Assembly: GCA_002938115.1 (NCBI GenBank)
Contig: PTKD01000001.1
Location: 1 to 45,983, forward strand
Reading direction: 5' to 3'
DNA: 45,983 nt
Source: Alphaproteobacteria bacterium MarineAlpha9_Bin7
Lineage (GTDB): Bacteria; Pseudomonadota; Alphaproteobacteria; UBA7887
Under the pieces are notes generated by a model. The model was not told the origin of the DNA. It made no database searches and worked only from the letters and a program-made list of their open reading frames with translations. Made by a program: the position numbers and the translations under genes. Below are positions 40,069-45,983 of the stretch, in pieces (position 1 is the first letter of the stretch; every line of letters begins with the position of its first letter).

Positions 40069-40605
40069 ATGAATTCACGTCGTTTGTTTTTTTTGTTGCC
40101 GGTTATAGTATTTGGTGTGTTGTGCGCTTTTTTCTTACGCGGGTTGTCCCTCGACCCTTCCACAGTACCGACTGCACTGGCTGATAAGCCGGTGCCGTTT
40201 TTCGACTTGCCGCCTTTAGATGATGAAACAATAGCGTTAGCATCGTCTGACCTAGTAGGTGAGGTCGCGTTGGTCAATGTGTTTGCCTCTTGGTGCTTGC
40301 CATGCCGGGTGGAGCACCCGCTTTTGATGGAGTTGGCGGTGACGGGGAAAGTTGCGCTGCATGGGGTGAACTACAAGGACAAACCTGAGGATGCACGTGC
40401 CTGGCTCGATGAGCTCGGCGATCCGTTTCTCCGCATTGGTGCAGATCGGGATGGCCGCGTTGGGATCGATCTTGGAGTCTACGGTGTTCCCGAGACGTTC
40501 GTAGTCGATAGAACCGGCCGAATTCGGTACAAGCATGTTGGTCCCATTTCCCAAAGTGACTTAGAAAAATACTTGTTGCCGCTTGTAGAGAAACTTCGCC
40601 AATGA
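40069..40605 (+). CDS. ccmG: thiol:disulfide oxidoreductase DsbE/CcmG
   Basis: 178-aa ORF with an N-terminal anchor and a thioredoxin fold carrying WCLPC and the GVYGVPETF segment. Confidence 0.92.
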   Translation: MNSRRLFFLLPVIVFGVLCAFFLRGLSLDPSTVPTALADKPVPFFDLPPLDDETIALASSDLVGEVALVNVFASWCLPCRVEHPLLMELAVTGKVALHGVNYKDKPEDARAWLDELGDPFLRIGADRDGRVGIDLGVYGVPETFVVDRTGRIRYKHVGPISQSDLEKYLLPLVEKLRQ

Positions 40606-41075
40606 AGCACTGGTTTATCGGCGTACTTCTCTCAGTAACAATCGCTATCCCCGAGGCAGTTTCTTTTGAAAATGATGCACCGCTAGACGACCCTGTCCTT
40701 GAAGTTCGGGCTCGTGAGCTCGCAAAGCACATCCGTTGTTTGGTGTGCCAAAATCAATCGATTTTCGATTCGGATGCTGACCTAGCCAAGGATCTGAGGC
40801 AAATAGTCCGAGAGAGAATAATGTCGGGTGAAAGCGATCGTGCCGTCACCGGCTATTTAGTGGAACGCTATGGGGATTTTGTTTTATTGCGACCACCAGT
40901 TAAACCAAAAACCTACCTGCTTTGGTTCGGTCCAGCGATAATCATTCTTTTCGCTGGGGCCGGAGTTGTGAGATTTTTGCGGCGGACCGGCGCAAGTAGT
41001 GGTAGTCCGGAGGCACTCAATTCCGCGGAACGCAGACGGGTGAAATCCCTAATCTCTGACGAGGAAGTCGACTAA
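40602..41075 (+). CDS. ccmH: cytochrome c-type biogenesis protein CcmH
   Basis: 157-aa ORF with the motif IRCLVCQNQSI (RCxxCQ). Confidence 0.9.
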   Translation: MKHWFIGVLLSVTIAIPEAVSFENDAPLDDPVLEVRARELAKHIRCLVCQNQSIFDSDADLAKDLRQIVRERIMSGESDRAVTGYLVERYGDFVLLRPPVKPKTYLLWFGPAIIILFAGAGVVRFLRRTGASSGSPEALNSAERRRVKSLISDEEVD

Positions 41076-41079
41076 TCAC

Positions 41080-42498
41080 ATGAGTCCTTGGTGGCTACTA
41101 GCGATTATGGCTGCGGTTTCGGTGGTGTTACTTGTTCGCCCTTTGGTCCGAGTGCGGGGGCGACCCATTGCTCGGGCCGACTACGATTTGGAGGTATACC
41201 GCCAGCAATTGAAAGAGTTGGCGCTGGATCAACAAAGGGGGCTTATTTCAGAGGAGGAATATGAAGCCTCTTTAACCGAGGTCGAGCGACGCATTCTCGC
41301 AGCTGGTGGCGCGCGCGACTTGGCCACGCACATGCCCATCGTCATCGAGAGAGGGAACTGGAAGCTCATTTTTGCGTTGGTGTTGATGGTTCCTATGTTG
41401 GGGGGTGGCCTTTACTACAAGCTTGGCAGCCCGCAATTGCCGGATCAGCCTCTGGCAGGTCGCGGTATTGCGCCAGAGATGCAGGATGGTAGCGAGTTCG
41501 ATAATGCGATTGCCAGTTTGATTTCTCGGCTTGAAGAAAACCCTAACGATGGGGAGGGGTGGACCCTTCTGGCGCGTTCGTACGTCTTCATGGGGCGATT
41601 TAATGATGCGGTTGGAGCCTATCGGGAGGCAGAAGCATTGTCTCCCGGAGACAACAACATTGCGATTGCGCTCGGTGAATCAATCGTCTTTAGTCGGGAC
41701 GGGATGGTTACGCCAGCGGCGCTCCAACAATTTGAAGTGGTGTTGGCTCGTGAGCGGGAACACCCGATTGCGCGTTATTATATCGGCCTTGCTAGGGCAC
41801 AGAGTGGGGCCGGTGAGGAAGCTCTGGCAATTTGGCGCAAACTCGCCAGCGAGGCGGATCCATCGGAGGAATGGCTTCCTCAGCTGCGGTCGCAACTGCA
41901 GGTCTTAGCGGAGGAACTTGGTACAGATGTTCCCGAGGTAACGGCAACGGCAACGTCAACCGAGAACGAGAGCCAATCAGGGCGTTCTCCCGATGCCAGC
42001 CCGAGTGGCCCAAGCGCTGCTGATATCGAGGCCGCCGGCGAGATGACTTCAGGCGATAGAGCGAACATGATTCAAGGCATGGTAGAGCGCCTAGCAGCGC
42101 GGCTTGAGGAAAACCCCGGTGACGTTGAGGGATGGAAACGACTTGGAAACGCTCGTCGAGTTCTTGGCGAGCTCGCTGCCGCTGAGCTGGCCTATGGTCG
42201 AGCGCTCGAGATTGCGCCAACAGATGTTGATGCCTTAGTTGCCCAGGCTGAAATTGTAATCGAGAAGGTCGGCGGCGGTTTGATTCCCGAGTTAGCGGTG
42301 GCCAATTATCGGAAGGTGCGTGAGCTTGATGCGTCTCATTTGGAGGCTATGTGGTACCTTGGTCTCGCTGCCTCCCAACAGGGGCGGCACAGTGAGGCGC
42401 GGGAACTGTGGCAACATTTGCTGGAGTTGGTACCCCCTGATAGCGAAGATGCGCGCACGCTACAGGCGCGTATCGAATCGTTGGGTGAAGTCGAATGA
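41080..42498 (+). CDS. ccmI: c-type cytochrome biogenesis TPR protein CcmI/CycH, internally duplicated
   Basis: 472-aa ORF with an N-terminal TM, a charged loop and a second TM. Two TPR blocks follow, each beginning RLEENPxDxEGW, separated by a Ser/Thr/Ala/Glu-rich linker. Confidence 0.8.
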   Translation: MSPWWLLAIMAAVSVVLLVRPLVRVRGRPIARADYDLEVYRQQLKELALDQQRGLISEEEYEASLTEVERRILAAGGARDLATHMPIVIERGNWKLIFALVLMVPMLGGGLYYKLGSPQLPDQPLAGRGIAPEMQDGSEFDNAIASLISRLEENPNDGEGWTLLARSYVFMGRFNDAVGAYREAEALSPGDNNIAIALGESIVFSRDGMVTPAALQQFEVVLAREREHPIARYYIGLARAQSGAGEEALAIWRKLASEADPSEEWLPQLRSQLQVLAEELGTDVPEVTATATSTENESQSGRSPDASPSGPSAADIEAAGEMTSGDRANMIQGMVERLAARLEENPGDVEGWKRLGNARRVLGELAAAELAYGRALEIAPTDVDALVAQAEIVIEKVGGGLIPELAVANYRKVRELDASHLEAMWYLGLAASQQGRHSEARELWQHLLELVPPDSEDARTLQARIESLGEVE

Positions 42499-42519
42499 TG
42501 TTCGGTATAAGAAGTAAAT

Positions 42520-44070
42520 TTAGATTGCGCGTTTACGCCCAGCCCAAAACTTTTCTCTCACACTGCGTCTAAGCACTTTGCCTACCGGGCTGCGCGGCAA
42601 GCTATCCCAGAAGAGAACAGTCTTCGGTGCCTTAACGCTCCCTAGTTTTGCCTTGCAGTGTGAGATAATGGTTTTCTCTTCTATGACCGCTCCCTCCACG
42701 AGTTCAACTACAGCCGTAACTGCTTCGCCCCATTTGTCATGGGGAACACCTACCACGGCGCAATCTTGAACCTCTGGCAACGCCCATAGAACTTGTTCGA
42801 TTTCTCCTGGATATATGTTGAATCCGCCAGAAATGATCATGTCATTTTTGCGGTCGAGGATATAGACATACCCGGCCGAATCTACTTCGCCAATATCCCC
42901 AGTGTGATGCCACCCGTAAGCGCGGGCTGCGGCGCTTGCCTCCTGGTTTTTGTAATAGCCCGCCATTACTAGGTTGCCTCGTACGACAATTTCCCCGCGT
43001 TCGTCGGGTCCAAGCAGCGTCCCTGAATCACTCATAATGGCAAGATCGGTAAAGAGGCAGGGCCGCCCACAACTCGCCAGGCGATTTTGTTTTCCCGTTT
43101 CAAGCCATCGAACGTGTTCGGACGGTGACATCACCGTGCACATCATTGGAGCTTCCGCCTGACCGTATAGTTGTGTAAGGACTGGGCCAAAAGCCGTAAT
43201 AGCTTGCTTCAGTTTGTCGACCGACATGGGGGCCGCACCATAAATCAGATAATCGAGCGAACTGTAATTAAATTCATTTAGTCGCGGGTGGGTAAGCATC
43301 ATGTAAATCATGGTGGGTGGGAGAAACACAGTAGTAACTTTATATCGTGAAATTGCTGCCATCACAGTTTCTGGGTCGGGGCGGGCAACTATTACGTTGG
43401 TCGCACCGAGAGGCAGCAGCCAGAGAGCAGCCAGTCCTGCCGCGTGAGTGAATGGGGCTGCAACCAGGTGTACAGGCGGCCTCTGGTGCGGCATTGCCGT
43501 GTTCGCGTTGGCAATCATAGTCTCGAACACCTGATTCGTAAGCATGGCGGCTTTAGATCGGCCCGTTGTGCCTCCAGTAGAAAAAAGACAAGCTACATCA
43601 CTTGGTTGCCGCGGAATGTCGGGATCCGTTTCAGGATGTCTCGAGAGCCAACTTCCTAAGGAGTGAGTTCCTTTGAACGGCTGATCAATCCCAACGGATT
43701 GGACTATCTTGGGGGCCTGATCGGCAATAATACCAAGGTGTCGTTCAAACTCACTGTGAATAAAAAGAAACCGGGCATCCCGGTTTTTAAGCACGTACAC
43801 GTTTTCTGCGATTGGGCTCAGTCCATTGAGGTTTACGTAAATTGCCCCTGCCCTCAGGATGCCGAGCATGCACAAAAAGGCACGGGCGTCGTTAGGACTA
43901 TAAATAGCGACTACGTCACCTGGTTTGATGCCATGAGACATCAAAGCATTGGCTATCTGATAAGTTTGAAGTTGTGTTTCCCGATACGTGAGGGCTCCGT
44001 TTTCATCAATGAATGCGGGGCGAGTAGGTGCAATTAAAACGCCTCTGTCAAAAAAATCGATTAGCCGCAT
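42520..44070 (-). CDS. AMP-dependent synthetase/ligase (acyl-CoA synthetase family)
   Basis: 516-aa ORF. AMP-binding motifs are present: FSTGGTTGRSKAA, YGQAE, WHHTGDIG. Confidence 0.9.
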   Translation of the reverse strand: MRLIDFFDRGVLIAPTRPAFIDENGALTYRETQLQTYQIANALMSHGIKPGDVVAIYSPNDARAFLCMLGILRAGAIYVNLNGLSPIAENVYVLKNRDARFLFIHSEFERHLGIIADQAPKIVQSVGIDQPFKGTHSLGSWLSRHPETDPDIPRQPSDVACLFSTGGTTGRSKAAMLTNQVFETMIANANTAMPHQRPPVHLVAAPFTHAAGLAALWLLPLGATNVIVARPDPETVMAAISRYKVTTVFLPPTMIYMMLTHPRLNEFNYSSLDYLIYGAAPMSVDKLKQAITAFGPVLTQLYGQAEAPMMCTVMSPSEHVRWLETGKQNRLASCGRPCLFTDLAIMSDSGTLLGPDERGEIVVRGNLVMAGYYKNQEASAAARAYGWHHTGDIGEVDSAGYVYILDRKNDMIISGGFNIYPGEIEQVLWALPEVQDCAVVGVPHDKWGEAVTAVVELVEGAVIEEKTIISHCKAKLGSVKAPKTVLFWDSLPRSPVGKVLRRSVREKFWAGRKRAI

Positions 44071-44093
44071 GGTCCCATCCGAATCTTACGACG

Positions 44094-44780
44094 CTAGCGA
44101 ACGATCAAAGGAAGTTCCGCTGCGTCCTCCCAGGTAAAGTGATCATTGCGCTTAATAAGTTCGGGGAAATGACCGGGAACAATACGGTCCGCCATGTCCA
44201 ACATCCTTTTGATAGTGGCGGTACCCTTTGCAATTGTATCAAACGCCATGTCACATTTTTGTGCTATGGCCTCCTTGGGATATTTGAGTGCATCCCCTGC
44301 TATTACGACGCAGCCGGATTTCTCTGTGTCAAGCTTCAGTGCAAACGAGCCCGGCGTGTGACCAGGCGCTGGGAAGTAGTGGACGCCTTCCGTGATCCGG
44401 TTCTCTCCATCGATTAGCTTTAGGTCGTGTTTGCGCAATTGTTCTTTCACCATCCAGGGAATGTACATATCGTTTTCGTGCGGGTTGCTTGCGTACTCCC
44501 ACTCCCGCTGGCTTACTAGAATCTTTGCATTTGGAAAAAGATCCACGTTGTTGCAGTGATCGAAATGTAAATGAGACAGAAATACAACTTTGACGTCCTG
44601 GGGTGTCATGTTTTGCGTCGCTAGCCCTTCCAGCAGGGTTGCGCGGTTGCAGTAATGGCCAACATCAAACAGAATCGGCCCAGCATCACAAGTGATTAAG
44701 GTGGCATTGGCGAGTGCGAGAAATCCACTTCGTAACCTTAGATTGTTTCCATGAACAATAATTTTGTATTCGACTGTCAT
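44094..44780 (-). CDS. MBL-fold metallo-hydrolase (lactonase-like)
   Basis: 228-aa ORF with HLHFDHCNN (HxHxDH) and PAPGHTPGS. Confidence 0.8.
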   Translation of the reverse strand: MTVEYKIIVHGNNLRLRSGFLALANATLITCDAGPILFDVGHYCNRATLLEGLATQNMTPQDVKVVFLSHLHFDHCNNVDLFPNAKILVSQREWEYASNPHENDMYIPWMVKEQLRKHDLKLIDGENRITEGVHYFPAPGHTPGSFALKLDTEKSGCVVIAGDALKYPKEAIAQKCDMAFDTIAKGTATIKRMLDMADRIVPGHFPELIKRNDHFTWEDAAELPLIVR

Positions 44781-44796
44781 TGTAGATCTTTCCGTT

Positions 44797-45768
44797 TTAA
44801 CTAAGATTGTTGGCGGAAATAATACCCCTCGCTAACAGGTCTTTAAAAGCGGAGAAAGTTTCTCTTATTCCGAATTCGAGATCGATAGTTCCGTAATCCC
44901 CCAAAAAATCTCGAAGCGGTTTGTCTGACAGGTCTCCTGGAAAAGGCAAGGCGGCTCCTTCCACATTTATACGCACTTCGGGTTGTGCTTGATGCAGGAG
45001 TTTGACCCAGTGTTCCACAGTGGTTGCAACACCGTTAATATCGAATACGGGAGCTCCCTCCCGTTCTTTTGACACCGCCTTAATAAATGCTGATGCGACT
45101 TCCCCCGCATGCAGTGCTCCCATTTGTCCTGAAAATGGTACCGTATAGTCAAGTCCAGCGGCTGCTGCCAGCAGGGCCGTGGTCGGTTTCGAGCTCATTC
45201 CCTGATCTCTGCCTACTCCGTATACGATACTGGGTCGCATGCCGACACTTGATACTCCCCAGTCCTGATAATAGACGCGTGCGATCGTTTCATCGCAGAG
45301 TTTGTATGCTCCATAAAGAGTGGCCAGGAAGGGGCTGTCGCTCGGCGCACCGTGAGCAGCGACGGAGCTAGCATATGCTAAACGCTTTACCTCGTTGTGG
45401 CGTGCCGCCTCAAGGACATTTACTGTTCCAACCACATTTGCGCGCGCACCAGCGACGGGGTCTGCAGCGCAAAATGGGACTTGTAGAGCGGCGAGGTGGA
45501 TTATTGCTTTTGCGGCGTTGTCGCGTACCACCATGGATACATCTTCGGTATTTGCGATATCACCGGTAATCCATGTCACCTTTGCTAGGGTGTCCTCGTC
45601 CATTAATAATCTTGGTCGTTGTTTGTCTTCACTCAAGTCGAATGCGATAATGGGGACTCGGGCCTTGGTAAGTAGAGCCAGAACCCAGCTTCCGATACAG
45701 CCTCCTGCACCGGTAACCAACACAGGTCCATCAAAGTCATTTGCATCAACCGGAAATTGTTCGAGCAT
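44797..45768 (-). CDS. NAD-dependent epimerase/dehydratase family protein
   Basis: The internal ATG at 45768 is preceded by AGGAG, while the ORF opens at 45870. It has the Rossmann motif VTGAGGCIGSW and the catalytic YGAYK. Confidence 0.85.
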   Translation of the reverse strand: MLEQFPVDANDFDGPVLVTGAGGCIGSWVLALLTKARVPIIAFDLSEDKQRPRLLMDEDTLAKVTWITGDIANTEDVSMVVRDNAAKAIIHLAALQVPFCAADPVAGARANVVGTVNVLEAARHNEVKRLAYASSVAAHGAPSDSPFLATLYGAYKLCDETIARVYYQDWGVSSVGMRPSIVYGVGRDQGMSSKPTTALLAAAAGLDYTVPFSGQMGALHAGEVASAFIKAVSKEREGAPVFDINGVATTVEHWVKLLHQAQPEVRINVEGAALPFPGDLSDKPLRDFLGDYGTIDLEFGIRETFSAFKDLLARGIISANNLS

Positions 45769-45983
45769 AATTTCTCTCCTATAAACGCCGCGTATCGATT
45801 TTCCTGCGGAATGTTTTTTTATAATTCGCACAGTTTGCGGAGGGTCGGGACCACGATGCCGAAGTTCCATACTTTATAGCAATCCGAAATAAATCGAAAT
45901 TTTCTATTGGATGATGAAATGAAAATCGTGAAACGGACACTTGTGATGGCAATTTTAGCAGGGCCAAGAGCAATTGGTACCCT

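Noticed and set aside
40274-40732. 152-aa antisense ORF over ccmG/ccmH
   Set aside because: It is a shadow ORF opposite two genes with clear CxxC motifs.
41792-42220. 142-aa antisense ORF within ccmI, plus the other-frame ORFs at 41531-41908 and 41832-42023
   Set aside because: They are Arg/Pro/Gln-rich, low-complexity translations of the opposite strand or alternative frames of the TPR/linker region.
45779-45973. 64-aa minus-strand ORF at the right edge, and the 34-residue N-terminal extension of the epimerase ORF
   Set aside because: The epimerase has a strong AGGAG-spaced ATG at 45768. The upstream ORFs have no motifs and lie in what looks like promoter DNA.

Overview
Dense, syntenic chromosomal segment with about 45 protein-coding genes. 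I found no rRNA, tRNA, CRISPR array, transposase, integrase or phage gene. Several arrangements look alphaproteobacterial (an inference from memory of genome organisation, not a database hit): uvrC-pgsA-mobB-moeA-moaD-moaE, a pteridine-reductase-like SDR followed by folB, trxB followed by a LysR regulator, and a contiguous ccmABCDEFGHI set with a separate ccmI. Most of the window is housekeeping: UvrB/UvrC, molybdenum cofactor genes, cytochrome c maturation, aminotransferases, TrxB and MsrP. The non-housekeeping part lies at about 1.7-13.8 kb and consists of two divergently transcribed gene sets. (1) A minus-strand operon with stop/start overlaps encodes a CDP-alcohol phosphatidyltransferase, a YceI-like periplasmic protein, a membrane LTA-synthase/sulfatase-like phosphotransferase, an NdvB-type GH17-GT2 beta-1,3-glucan synthase and an MtnA-like isomerase. 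(2) A plus-strand operon encodes a zinc-less BchC-like MDR dehydrogenase, a COG0720/PTPS-like protein with a degenerate active site, a GT4 glycosyltransferase and a SAM methyltransferase. It converges on an overlapping creatininase-family amidohydrolase / RibD_C reductase pair. I cannot assign set (2) to any characterised pathway. It is my best candidate for an undescribed system, possibly a GTP-derived pterin or ribitylaminopyrimidine metabolite that is glycosylated and methylated. Smaller oddities are listed as findings: three DnaA-box-like sites upstream of uvrC, a MoaD extended five residues past its Gly-Gly terminus, msrP without msrQ, an internally duplicated CcmI, and two long ORF-free spacers. 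All functional calls come from reading motifs in the translated ORFs by eye. No searches were run.
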